Shown piece after piece: positions 13,321-25,600 of a DNA stretch of 64,000 bases. Within the stretch, counting starts at the first letter, position 1, and each line of letters begins with the position of its first letter. The notes below the pieces were generated by a model. It was not told the DNA's origin. It saw nothing but the letters and a program-made list of their open reading frames with translations, and made no database searches. The position numbers were made by a program, and so were the translations under genes. The stretch covers positions 1 through 64,000 of the forward strand of contig LSRY02000014.1 in NCBI GenBank assembly GCA_001643675.2. Reading direction: 5' to 3'. The stretch is from Monocercomonoides exilis PA203. Its lineage: Eukaryota > Protista > Preaxostyla.

Positions 13321-14042
13321 AATATCACTTTTAGTACAAATGTTGAACATTTGCGACTACTCAAAATAAATAACATATATTTTTCCTCAATTGTTGAAAC
13401 CTTTTTTTTCCAACAAAATCTAATGAAAACATTGATTTTTTTGATTAAAGTCAATAATTATTATCGATGATAATGAAAGAAAAGAAAAGAAAATGTGTGT
13501 GATGATCACAAAAGGAGAAATTTTTCTATAGAAAAAACTTAAACAAAGTGGTGATCATAAATTCTTGAAAATTTTTGTTTTTTGTTTTAAAAGCTTTTCG
13601 TTGACTTTATTTGACCATAAATGTATGTGGAGTCGAATTTTATTGAGCAAGATATATTATTATAAGAAAACTTTAAACAATAACTCAAATCAAAGTGATA
13701 TTCCATTCATCGAAAAAATACTTAATTTCTATGATACTTATTGATATCAAAATAGTTTGTTTTTTTTTAGCCATTTCTAATTTATTTAACTTTAAGATTT
13801 TGGAAATCATACGAAATATGAGGAGCTGAATCAATAAGTGATTATCAACAACTGTTGAATAGTTTATTGATATTCAATTGCACAAAAAGATTTTCATAAA
13901 CTAACTTGTTCACTAGAGTTTTTGAGTCAAGATTTGTATTTCAATGATGAATATAAAGTTACAATCTATGAACAGATCAGTAAACATTATTTCAATATCA
14001 ATCACTATCATCAAGTATCAATAATTAGCAAAAAGTGCATAA

Positions 14043-14244
14043 CAAATGATTTCTTAAAAACCTTTTATTGTGAATTTTTATATTTTATTAAGGTTTTGTT
14101 TTATTATCAATTAATAAACCATTTCAAATATTTATCATTGAATTATCTTGAATTATTGCTAAAGATAACATAACGCATTATTCTAATAAAGAAAATTTGA
14201 TTTTCCTGAAAAGTGGGAATATCATGATAAATAAATATTTTGAT
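14043..14244 (+). repeat. ~200-bp AT-rich dispersed repeat, copy 1 (copy 2 at 22328..22530)
   Basis: Colinear high similarity with 22328-22530, with shared blocks such as TTATCAATTAATAAACCATTTCA, ATTATCTTGAATTATTGCTAAAGAT and GATTTTCCTGAAAAGTGG. Confidence 0.9.
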
Positions 14245-14315
14245 TAAACCTTTGCGACATATTAAATCTGTGGTGTTCGTGTAGGTCGTGAATAAAATCT
14301 TGTGTCGAAGGTTTA
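14245..14315. mobile_element. ~70-bp inverted-repeat mini-element (possible piggyBac-like MITE), copy 1
   Basis: TAAACCTTTGCGACAT...GTGTCGAAGGTTTA form imperfect terminal inverted repeats. A related copy lies at 59044-59104. Confidence 0.45.
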
Positions 14316-15009
14316 TTTTATTTTATTTTATTTTTTAATGAATTCTTGCGTTACTCAATTCGATTAAATAAAAACGAAAAAAATAAAAACGAAAAATTTT
14401 TTCAAAATGAATTGAAATAGTTTTAGAAAGATCTTGCAATCCATTATTAAACAAAATTTTTATATTGTAATGGGTGTAATCAAAATTGTTAATTGTTTAA
14501 CAGTTGAATCATGATATATTAAATGCTGTTGACTTCGAATTTCATTTATAGTTGAAACATATATTTGAGGCGGATTGCATGTTTTTTAATTTTCGCAAGT
14601 TTCATTAATATCTCCAAAAAGATATCCTTTTTTTAAACAATTATTTAAGTTTCGTATTTTTTTGAAATGAATAAGCATTTCTTATTTGCTGATAATTTTC
14701 CTCAATTGCAAATTTCACAAGTGGTGGCTGAATGAGCTTGACTAAATGCAAATCTGAAAAAAATTGGTTTTTGAAAGTTTGTTCAATTTCTTTGTGTTTT
14801 TGAAATTTCATTGTATTATTTTGGTATAGACTTATGTTGATTTTAAGAAATAAAGGAAATATAAAGTTGACGATTGTCCAATAATTCATATTTTCAAAGA
14901 AAAATAAGGATTTCATGTGTTTGAAAGTTGTTTGAGTTATTAATGTTTTCACTGCAAATTTTCTTATTTATTTCAACTGTTTGATTAGAAATATATCTCA
15001 GAAGAAACG

Positions 15010-15445
15010 AAGAGATGCAAAGTTATTGAGAATGATACAATGAGAAAAGATCCGAAGGCATTTGAAATGGTGACGATGGAGATGTCGCCTGAGGAGCAGT
15101 GAAGGAGAGCAGAGAGGGAGACAGAGAAGAAAAACGATGAGAGGATGAAGAAGATGGTGCATGAAAAAAGTTTGGGACACTCGGAGTCATCAGAGCATTT
15201 ATTGAGTGAGAGTGGCTTAACAGAATACATCTTGGGAAGAGATTCAGACAAGATTACTGAATGGGCATTGGAGAAGGTTGAGGAAGAAGAGATAAGGAAG
15301 AGAACACATTCTCCTTCTATTTTATCCACTTCGTCAACTGACACATCAGACACAGACACAACATTTGTTCGATCAGAGAGTCTGTGCCTGACCACCTCTT
15401 CAATGTCGAATCTGGTGGATGCAATGGCTTGTTCATCGGCAAGTT
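15010..15445 (+). pseudogene. Fragment of the cytoplasmic (juxtamembrane/pre-kinase) region of an expanded receptor-kinase-like family
   Basis: SESSEHLLSES..TEYILGRDSDKI..SPSILSTSS..TSSMSNLVDAMACSS closely matches blocks at 30470-31185 and 59720-60410. It has an in-frame stop and an abrupt end. Confidence 0.75.
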
Positions 15446-15837
15446 CCAAGTATATGGACCATCGAAAATAATATCTTTTCACACATTGAACACAAGAAAA
15501 TATTATTACAATTAATTATAAATTAGTTTTATCTGTCGAAAATATTTTATTCAAAACTTTGTTTTTTATTGTTTGATCAATCCCATATTAATATTTTTAT
15601 TATTCTGAAAACAAAAATTAACCTGCGAGCGGGATGAGCTGCGAAAATGCTTATCAATCTCATTTGTGTGGTTACACACATTATTGTCTTTCACTGACTG
15701 CTAACTTTATGTACTATTCCTTGAAAAGAAATTTATGGTTTTATATTTGTGTTCAATTTGCCATTTTTATTCAAATTCAACAAGTTTATTTTCTAACAAG
15801 TTATTTATTTGGATTATTACACCAAAAATAATTCTTA

Positions 15838-15929
15838 TTCGAAAAAAAATAATTCGAATTCGAAAAAAAAATAATTCAATTTCGAAAAAGAATATTTCAA
15901 ATTCGAAAATTATTAATTCGATTTCGAAA
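15838..15929. repeat. Tandem minisatellite, ~21-bp unit (TTCGAAAAAAAATAATTCGAA), ~4.5 copies
   Basis: Directly visible TTCGAAAA-initiated units, ~270 bp beyond the stop codon of the DD34E transposase. Confidence 0.7.
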
Positions 15930-16200
15930 GTACCTAAATTTTTTCAAACAAATTCTATGTTCATAATATTGCGATTGAAAGAGTTTCATTATGTTGTTTT
16001 TTGATGTTCTTTTCAAAAAAAAAATACAAATTTATTTTGATGTTTGTTTTTGATTATTCATTGACAGATTGGTTGAAAGGAATGTTAATATTGTTTTCAA
16101 AAAAAAATTTAAGTGAAGAAAAGAAAACAATAAAAAGAAAAACTTCACTCATTCATTTTAAAAATACAAAAAATAAAAATTAAAAAAAAAAAGCAATTAA

Positions 16201-17803
16201 TTAGTCAACATCCATATCGTTATTTTTTTCATTTTCATGAATTGTTTCCTGTGACTTATTTGAATCAGGAACCTCAATCACAGAAGAAGGAAGTTCAGGG
16301 TCTTTATGAGAAGAGAAATGTGCATTAACTTGTTCAAAGTTGTGATGAACGTTACAAGGAGATATAGCAGAAGAAGCAGAAGCAGATGCCGATGAACAAG
16401 GTACAATTTGGTTATCTTCTAGTTCGTCAGTAATATCTTCAATTCGTATCTCGCCATCATCCAGTCGTTGAAAGTTAAACACTTCTCTCAAATCCTTTCC
16501 TTGTTGTGTCAAAGGAAGATAGTGACATTTAACCATGTTTATGCAACTTGCAACTTCCGTTCTTGTGATATTGACCAGTGATTTGTATAAATGAATAATC
16601 GGTTGTTCACTGGAACGAACTGTCGTTGGAATAGATAATCGAGATTTCCAAATACCAAATACGAATTCAATGGGATTCAACTCACAGCTGTTTGGAGCAG
16701 TGTTGAGAACTTCGTAATTCTTTGATGATATTAAATCAGTAACTTTTTTTGATTTGTGCAATCCCACATTATCCATCACGAAAACGCAAGAACTTTTATC
16801 GAATATTTGTAACTTTTCCATTGGTGATAGCAAGAACACTCGAAAGCTTTGATCGTTAACAGTTCCATCGGCAAATGTCACATGCGTTATCCCGAAGAAT
16901 TCACAAATCGCTGTAATTGCAGTCACCGTTTCCACTTTTGTTTTTATCTCTGTTTTGAATGCATCTCTGACCCACTGGAGAGCGTCCTTCTGTTTGCAGT
17001 TCAAGCGATTTAAATCCAGTCTCATCGATGAAAATTATCATTTTTCCACCATCTTGCTTTTGAAGAAATCTTTGCACGTATTCTTTCCTGAGTTGCATTG
17101 TCTTTTCGTTTGCTCTCGCTTTTTCATATTTTCTTAATCTTTTCACAGAGAACACCTGACATTCATGTTCTTCCATTTTTTTTTTTTTTTTTGATTTCAA
17201 GTGCTTTGCAATCGCTGAAGCTGATGGCTCTGATGTGCAAACATCTGCAACTGAACTTGCCAATTCTTTTGCTGTAACCGTTGGTTTTCGTAATATTATT
17301 TTTGCCATTATTTTAGATGCCTCTTTTGTTATCTTCTCGTAAACCTTTCCTCCTCGCTGTTTAGGAGGCTCATCTTCGTGCTAAATTTTTGAAACTGTTG
17401 ATATACTCACGTTGTATTTTTCCGATAATTCAGCGAGAGTTTTCCCTTCCTGCTTGTCGGCTTTTAGCAAGTTCCTCATGTTATACAGTAGCATGTTGTA
17501 CTTTTTTTTCTCTTTTGCATTGATCTTTGGCACCACAGCTTTTTTCGGGCGTCCTCGCTTCCTTTTTGTTTTTGTAACTTCACATTCAACTAATTGGAGG
17601 CAATCATCAGGAATGTTAATAGGTTCAGGTTCAATTGCAAGTGGAATTTGACGGGTTTTTTCTTCTATGACTTCTTCTAATTCTTGCGAAGATCTTTTAA
17701 GTTTTGAGTTGATTTTATCAGTTGTGTAATGCAAGGCTGATTTCTGTAATCTTTGATCCAACTCTTCAATAGTGTGCTTTTCCTTTTCGTAAATTTGGCT
17801 CAT
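16201..17803 (-). mobile_element. Disrupted IS630/Tc1/mariner-superfamily transposase (DD34E)
   Basis: N-terminal KRKRGRPKK plus HTH (TLAELSEKYNVSISTVSKI); catalytic IIFIDETGF, VMDNVGLHKS and NSCELNPIEFVFGIWK with 34 residues between D and E. In-frame TAG at 17381 and a frameshift near 16930. TIRs not identified. Confidence 0.9.
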
Positions 17804-17973
17804 ATGAAATTTTTTTCATTCCCATTATTTAGAAATTCAAATATAGTAATTTATTTTCCATATTGATATTAAACTGTGAATTGCTCAGTAGTTATAATTC
17901 TTCACTGAAAATTTTTTGTCATGAATTTGTGGGATTTACTCACCATGTAACCCACCAGTTTCATATGAAAGTC

Positions 17974-18021
17974 AAATGGAGGAGAAACCTCCCCATTTCC
18001 CCCCCCCCCCCCCCATTAGAA
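17974..18021 (-). promoter_or_regulatory. Hairpin + G-tract motif upstream of the transposase (copy 1; copy 2 at 56221..56259)
   Basis: The + strand reads ATGGAGGAGAAACCTCCCCATTT(C)16ATTAGA, similar to the 56221-56259 copy. Function is inferred only from position. Confidence 0.35.
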
Positions 18022-19507
18022 ACAGGTTTCATGTCAAAATACATTTATTTGTGTATAAGAAAAAATTATAAATACAAAAAATGAAGTGAAAAATATAAAT
18101 AGCAGGATGAAAAGTTATTATGATCTAATATGAAAAATACAAAATGAAACAAAAAATATTTTTAAATTGAGTTTATAACAGTCCAAATTTTTGTTAAAAA
18201 ACATTAATTCAACTTGAAGTTATGAAAAAAAAGATGAAAATTATTTCTGATATCAAATAACAAAGATTGAGAACGATCAATTTCTTTGTATTATATGCAA
18301 ACTTGAATAATAATTAAAAAGTGATTCAAACAAGATAAAAACAAAAAATTGACTTTATTTATTGTTTGAAAAAAATAATCAATAAATTTCCTAATAAAAT
18401 AATGTATTCATAACTTTTTCATCTTCTTCTTCTTCTCTCAATCCCTTCGTCGTGCTCTTTCACATCCAGTCACAACATATCCAATCAGCAACAATCTAAA
18501 AATATATTCTTATCTCTCCATTTCTTTGTTTTCTATCCTTTATCTCATTATACATCAATCACCTCCTTTTCTTCATCTTTCCCTGCCTCTTCCAAAAAAC
18601 ACACTTTTCTTCTCATAAAAGTTACCCCCTTTTCATATGAACACTTCAGAATATTCTTCTTCTGTCCCGCTTTTGCCCTCTTTTCTTTCTTTTCAAATTC
18701 CATATCTCCAATCAACAATAAGCCCTCCTTCATCATCTCCAGTCACTTCTCTACATATTTTCTACATTTTCTTCTATAAATCTCTGCATGTTCCTTCCCC
18801 ATCCCTTTGTCTCAGAATTTCTTCCATTCAAAAACCCCTCTTGAAATATTAACATTCAAAAAAACACCCAACTCCCACCCCCTGCCACAAATAATCCTCT
18901 TCCATCTCTTCTCTGCCCCATATCCCTCATGTGCCATGCGTTGATGAGATAGACATCAAATATTGATTTTGGTGGTTGAGAATATTATTAAAGGAGATGA
19001 TCATGCCAAAAACAGAAAAAACCCCTCTGGACATCCACCACAACGTGTACGGGCTGAAAAGACCCTCCAGTGAGATACACGATGTATTTTGTGGAGATGC
19101 ATTCCATGCTGTATTCAACCATTCTGAGACTGAAATAAAGAGATTGATTTATTTTGAATGATGATGGCTGTGGAAATGAGGCTGTTTGGCAAAAATAACA
19201 GGTGAAAAGCGGTTTGGTATTATTTTATTTATTTTTATATGAATATTAGCCTGTTGATGTTTTTTGTGTTGTTTTCAGGGCAGGAGGTGGAAAGGAATTA
19301 AAATGAACGAAAGCGGGATATCTCATTGTGCATGATGACTATGAATTGGGAGAGGAGAATCACATGGAAAGTCTGCAGCGAAAAAAGATTGAAATGGAAA
19401 TTGGCTGCTAATTTCTGAAGAAAAACAGGACGTTTAAATTCGAGAAAGATGGATACAAAACAGAAAACGCAAATTTCACAAATTTCAAAAGATCAAGAAA
19501 TTGAAGT

Positions 19508-19754
19508 ATATGAATAATTCTTTTTGAAAAGTCGCAAATATTTAATTTTCATATAAATCAATATTTTCATATTTTGCTCAAATTTATGTTTCCACTCACC
19601 AAACTTCACTAATATGTGTCCATTATTATATAATGCTATTTCATACATTCTTTTGAAGATTCGTGAGTGGAAACAGAAATTTGAGCTAAATATGAAATTT
19701 TTGATTTATTTGAAAATTAAACATTTGCGACTTTTCAAAAAGAATTACCCATAT
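19508..19754. mobile_element. Foldback / MITE-like element with ~100-bp inverted arms
   Basis: 19508-19608 is the reverse complement of ~19654-19754 with scattered mismatches (TAATTCTTTTTGAAAAGTCGCAAAT ... ATTTGCGACTTTTCAAAAAGAATTA). Spacer ~45 bp. Confidence 0.85.
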
Positions 19755-20183
19755 GTTGGAGAAATGACTTCTGAAAAGAATGGTTGATGAACATGATATT
19801 GATACGCTAGATAATTGAATGTTTTCGTTTAATATTTATCGATTTCAACTTACCAAATTCTATTCTTTTTCAATAACATTGTTTTCAATTTTCTGCATAA
19901 GATATTGATTGATTGCATATTGTTATTATTGCTTTCATGCTTTTCAAACAAGAAAACTTATGTTTTATAATGTTCATTGAATTTTCAATATTTTTTTTTG
20001 AGATTATTTATATTTCTAGATATTTGAATCAAAATCAATTGAAAACAAATTCAAATCAACAAATAATTAATAATAACAATATTTTAACGTATGTTTTATC
20101 AAATTTTTACAGTAGTATTTTCTTATTAACCAAACCCTTAATGATATATTTTTTGATCAAATGTCGGAATTTTTTTTATGATA

Positions 20184-22306
20184 CAGTCTGTTTGTAATTA
20201 ATGTTGATCTGTCCGAAAATAATGTTGATCGTACCGTAAAGTTAAAAAATAATTCCAGAGCCATTATTAATAGAGGATAAAAACAAAAGAAGAAGTGTTC
20301 ACAAACTGGTTTCTTTTTAATTGTTTCTAAAAAAATGATTGACACTTGCGATACAATAAATGAAAATACACACGTTGCATTCACGTTTACGTTTCATTTT
20401 GATTGTTCCTTTGCGATCAATGTTCGATTGTGTTTCTTTTTTTTATTTCTTGATCTTTCAATAACATCCAGTTTTAAAGAATAGGAAATAATCAAATTGT
20501 TATTGTGTTTTGTTTCAAACTTCCTGAGAGTGGAATGAGCTTGTATTTTTGATAATATTGAAATCATTTTGTATCATATTTCATTTGATGGTTCGAAATC
20601 AATAATCAATTGTTTTTCTTTGTTAATTTGCAACATGAAAGATGTAAAAAGATTTTTATTTATCATTTATGATTTTTATTTATTTTTTTTTTTTAAAGAC
20701 TATTCACATTCACTATTATTGTTTGAAAAATTTATCATTGGAATATATCTGACTTTATTTCGATTTATAAATAGAGAAATATGAAACATATAAACTTTTT
20801 CATCATTTTCGTTTTTTATTCTATCAATTTTTTAACTTCTAAACAAAACAAAGAATATCCATGATTATTCTTTTTTATTTTCTTTAATATGTGAATATTG
20901 AAAATGTTAAAACTGGTTGAAATGAAAAAAGTCAAAGATTGTGAGAAAAACATAACAAATCCTTTTTTCCCAAAACCAAAGCACACACATCTTTATCCAG
21001 ATGCATGATTGTTTTTCCAACTTCGCGTGCTGAAATTTTTTGAAAAGTTTGAAGCATCACCGATATAAAATGAGATTTATCCTCCCATTTCAACGAGTTT
21101 TCTTCAACTTGGGCTTTCCAGATTCCAAAAATGTTTTCGATAGGATTTAGATCAGGGGAGTAAGCTGCATTAAACAGAACTTTGTGTCCAGACTGTAAAA
21201 TAATTTCGTCTGTATTCACATGATGAATCGACACATTATCCATGACAATAACTGATGATTCAAATGATTTTATGGATAGCAAGAATCTTTTCAAATACGC
21301 TTCAAATAGTTCGTGGTTTATTGTTCCTCGAATCACTTCTGTGTATCCCATTCCGTTCATTGAGATTGAAGTAATTGCAGTGATAGATTGAAACAAAGGA
21401 GGAGGAGGTACAAGCACTTTCTCTCCCTTTTCCGACCATTTGTACTTTCTAATGCAGCTTATATTCCAAGAAGTCTCGTCAATAAAAAAGGAACAGCACC
21501 GTCCCGCTGATATTGGAAAAGCTTCTCCACAAAGTGTATTCTTTGGAGTTTGTTTTCTTCAGAATTACCAGCTGACGGTCGAACAGTAATTCTTTTAAAA
21601 GAAAACAACGGAAACTTGTGTGTCTCACTGTTTCTTTCTATCAAAATTTTATTTACCGAAGATTTTCCAATAGAATGTCCTGCATTAGTCATTTCGTGCG
21701 CAACTTTTCTCAAAGTTGTCAGCGGGTTAAGTTTCATTTTTTCTCTAACTATTTGATTCAAAGTGTCATTATCAACTATTCTTTTCCTTCCTCTTTTTAT
21801 AAACGGTTGTGTAATGTCCACACCGACTTGCAACTTTGATAAATACCTTGCAGTTGTAATTGTAGTTAGCAAGCATTCTTTGGCATACCACGATTCTGTC
21901 TTTGCCTGACCATGAACACGAAACAAATCCGTTAGTTTTCTTCTTTTTTCCAATGAAGCTGGAGTGTAGGGTTTTTTGTTGATAAACGTTTCAGAATCAA
22001 TAGCTTTCTGTATTTGCTCGCTTTTTTGTGCTTCGGCTTCTTTTTTCTTCAATTCTGCTCTCATACGAATAACATGGTGAATACTGTCTTCCAGGGGATG
22101 AGTGAAGGGCATTATGACTGGCCTGACACCATATTCTTCTGCAGTTGGGACATTTTGAGTGATCAAAAAATTTTTTTGTGTTGTTCGAGCATCCAATAAA
22201 TAAATATTGCTCATAAAGATATTTTTTCTCTGTTATTATCAGATATTAAGGTTTTAAAAATTTACCACAATTGAAGGTTTGATCAACATTAATTACGGAC
22301 AGACTG
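20184..22306 (-). mobile_element. Full-length Tc1/IS630-like DNA transposon (2123 bp) with 26-bp TIRs and TA target-site duplication
   Basis: Left TIR 20184-20209 CAGTCTGTTTGTAATTAATGTTGATC; right TIR 22281-22306 (reverse complement CAGTCTGTCCGTAATTAATGTTGATC, 24/26). TA flanks both ends (20182-83, 22307-08). An extra inner TIR-like repeat sits at 20209-20230. Confidence 0.93.
20932..22214 (-). CDS. Transposase (DD33E) split into two frames by a -1 shift at T TTT TTA
   Basis: ORF 21459..22214 (HTH region, KRGRKR) plus the -1 frame FIDETSWN...VIVMDNVSIHH...YSPDLNPIENIFGIWK. The fused product is ~427 aa with no other lesion. Confidence 0.85.
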
Positions 22307-22327
22307 TATAAAAAAAATCGCCCATAT

Positions 22328-22530
22328 CAAATGATTTCGAAAAAACCATTTTATTGTGAATTTTTATATTTCATTCAGGTTTTATTTAATTATCAATTAA
22401 TAAACCATTTCAGATATTTATCATTCAATTATCTTGAATTATTGCTAAAGATTACATAATGCATTATTCAAATAAAGAAAATAAGATTTTCCTGAAAAGT
22501 GGAAAAATCCTGATAAATAAATATTTTGAT
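22328..22530 (+). repeat. ~200-bp AT-rich dispersed repeat, copy 2, between the transposon and the kinesin start
   Basis: Colinear match to 14043-14244. Confidence 0.9.
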
Positions 22531-22647
22531 ATTTTAAAATTGATTGTTTTCGATTATGAAATATCACTGTTGAAAACATATTATTTTTGGTTTGGAAATA
22601 ACACAAAATTTTTAGTGATCATACCACTATTTAGCGATTAAAAGTTG

Positions 22648-25600
22648 ATGTCCAAAGCTGAGAGCATAAATGTGTCCATTCGTTGCAGGCCTTTGAACAA
22701 GACAGAACTTTCTGCAAACATGGAATCGTGTGACAGAGTTTTAATTTCTCTTTCAAATCAAGTTTTTTGTTTCAACACTTGTAATTCATTTTTTTTATAA
22801 AAATTGATTTTCATTGCGCTGATGGAATTAACATTTAATTTACTTATGCATTTTTAAAAAATCATTAATTTATTTAATTATTTTTTAGAATCGTGAAGGT
22901 TGATGAAGATAATGGAGTTATTTTTGTTGAGAATCCTGAAAAGACAGATGAAACTCCAAAGCAGTTTTTTTTCGACAAAGTATTTGGCGATCAGTGTGCT
23001 TACTAATATGTCATATTGGTTGCTTTTATGGAAAAACATTACATATTTTTTTCATTTTCTTGAATATATCTTTCAATTTTTGCATTTAATGATGGAATTA
23101 TTCTTTTTTTCAGATCATTGCAATCTGTTGTATATGATAAGACATGTAGACCTATCGTTCAATGCATTCTTGAAGGATTTAACGGGACAATATTTGCGTA
23201 CGGGCAAACAGGAACAGGCAAAACTTGGTCAATGGAAGGAAAATACGATGATCCACAACTTCGTGGAATTATCCCCAATTCTTTTCATCATATATTTTCT
23301 TCAATTGGGTTAATTACAAATCGTAAATTTCTTGTGAGGGCTTCTTATTTAGAGATTTATCAGGAAGAAATACGAGATCTTCTTATTGTTGATTCAAAAG
23401 CAGCAGGCTCAACCTTGGAATTGAAGGAATCCCCTGACCACTCGGTTTATGTGCAAGGCTTGACGCAAGTTGTTGTTAAAAGCATTGAAGAAACGACAAA
23501 AGTAATGGAGCGAGGAAAGCAGGCGAGGACTGTTGGAGCAACGAAAATGAATCCTGAGTCATCGAGATCCCATTCCATCTTCACCATTACTGTAGAAATC
23601 ATCGAAATGATGCCAAATGGGAAGCCGTTTGTGAAAACAGGCAAGCTTTCTCTTGTGGATCTTGCAGGCTCTGAGCGTCAAGATAAGACAGCTGCCGAAG
23701 GGGTGCGGCTGAAGGAGGCTGCGAAGATCAATCTGTCTCTTTCGGCACTGGGGAATGTGATCAACGCGCTGACATCAGGCAACCCCAAAATACACATTCC
23801 GTATCGAGACAGCAAGCTGACTCGTCTGCTTCAGGATTCGCTGGGAGGCAACTCGCGGACAGCGATGATTGCGACTGTTGGGCCAGCTGCGTGGAACTAC
23901 AACGAGACGATCTCCACGCTGAGGTATGCGTCGCGTGCAAAGGAGATCAAAAACAAGCCGAAGGTGAACTTTCCAAAGGATGCGATGTATGCCAAGCTGC
24001 AGGACGAGATCAACTTGCTGAAGGCGAAGCTGAAGGAGATGGAAGAGCAGACGAGGCAGAAGCTGGAGCAGGCTGCGTTGGAGGCAGCGATGAAGGCAAA
24101 GGCAGAGAAGGACGGCAGAGATGATAACGATGATGAGGGCGAGGAAGAAGAGGTCGAAGAGGAACAGACAGGAGAAGATGGAGTTGTGAGGAAAGTGAAG
24201 GTGATTAAGATTGTCAAGAAGAAGAAGAAGAAGAAGAAGAGAAGCACCGAAACTCCTGCAATTGAGGAAATAGTGGAAGAGATTGTGGAAGAAGAGGAGG
24301 AAGAGGAGGAGGAGGAAGAAGAAGGAGAAGAAGGAGAAAAGCCTCCACCCGAAAAGAAGATTGTGAAAAAAATTGTCAAAGTGAAGAAAAAGAAGAGGCC
24401 ATGTGCAGATGGGCAGCCAAGTCAAGAAGAAGGAGGAAATGAAGAAGAAGGAGAGGAAGAAGGAGAGGAAGTGGAGGAAGAGGTTGAAGAAGAAGGTGAA
24501 GCAGAAGGAGGTGATGAAGAAAAGCAAAGAAAAAAGATTGGAAAGAAATCAGGTAAAAAAGGCAAAAGTAAAAAAGAAGGAGGAGAGGAAGAAGGAGAAG
24601 AAGGAGAAGAAGGAGAAAATGATCAATCAGATGATGAAGTGTCACCTGAGAAGTTGGAAGAGCTGAGGCAGAAAGAGCGGGAGATGCTGGAGCAGCAGAT
24701 GGAGCAGGAGAGGATAGCAATGGAGGCAGCAGCAAAGGAGAAGGAGGAGCAGATGGCGAAGCAGTACGAAGAGGCACAGAAAAAGCTGGCGGAAGAGCTG
24801 AAAGAGCAGACGGAGAAGGAGAAAGTGGCGATGGAGCACGAAAAGGCAGCTATTAGAGAGGAGAAGGCGAGAATAGAGAGAGAGCTGGAGGAGAGGCGAC
24901 TGGCGCACGAGGCAGCGGTGGACGAGGCAGCGAAGGAGAGAGAGAAGATAGCAGCAGAATTGGAGGAGAACAGGAAGAGGTTGGAAGAGGAGCAGCAGAA
25001 GAAGGAGGCGATTATGAAGCAGCTGGCGCTGATGGAGCAGCAGTTCATTGAAGGAGGGAAGATGATGGAGGACAAAGAGGCACTCCACCAGAAGCATCTG
25101 ACGGAGCTGGCGATGGAGCAGGAGAGGCAGCGGGAGCAGCACAGGGTGGAGATGAAGGAGAGAGAGCAGAAGGAGCGGGAATTGGTGGAGAAGTCGACGT
25201 CGCTGCAGGACTCGCTCGATCTGAAGAAGAAGCAGCTGGCGCAGCTGTGGCGGGACTTCAAGGCAGCGAAGACAGAAATACAGGAGATCAATGAGAATGC
25301 AGAGAGAGAAAAGGAAGAGCTGAACGAGAACATTCGGCAGCTGCTCGACGAAAACAAGGCGATGGAACAGAAGATGCGAGAGATGCGGTTCATTATGGAG
25401 ACATTTATTCCTGTTTCGCATCTGAAGAAGATTGAAGGGCGGGTTGTATACGATGCAGAGAAGGACGAGTTCACTCTTCTGAAGGCACATAGAGGAGATG
25501 CTGTTCTGCCATCAGTGATCAGCGGGAGAGGAATGGAGCGTCTGAGGAAGCAGGGCATCGACGAGCTGGTGGGAGAGAAAGGGGTAGAGCAGAGGAAGGT

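Noticed and set aside
15838-15929. Regularly spaced TTCGAAAA repeats as a CRISPR-like array
   Set aside because: The units are head-to-tail with no unique spacers, the context is eukaryotic and there are no cas genes; this is a minisatellite.
15600-18200. Terminal inverted repeats for the DD34E transposase
   Set aside because: Only a 5-bp ACCTG/CAGGT match was found, too short to define element ends.
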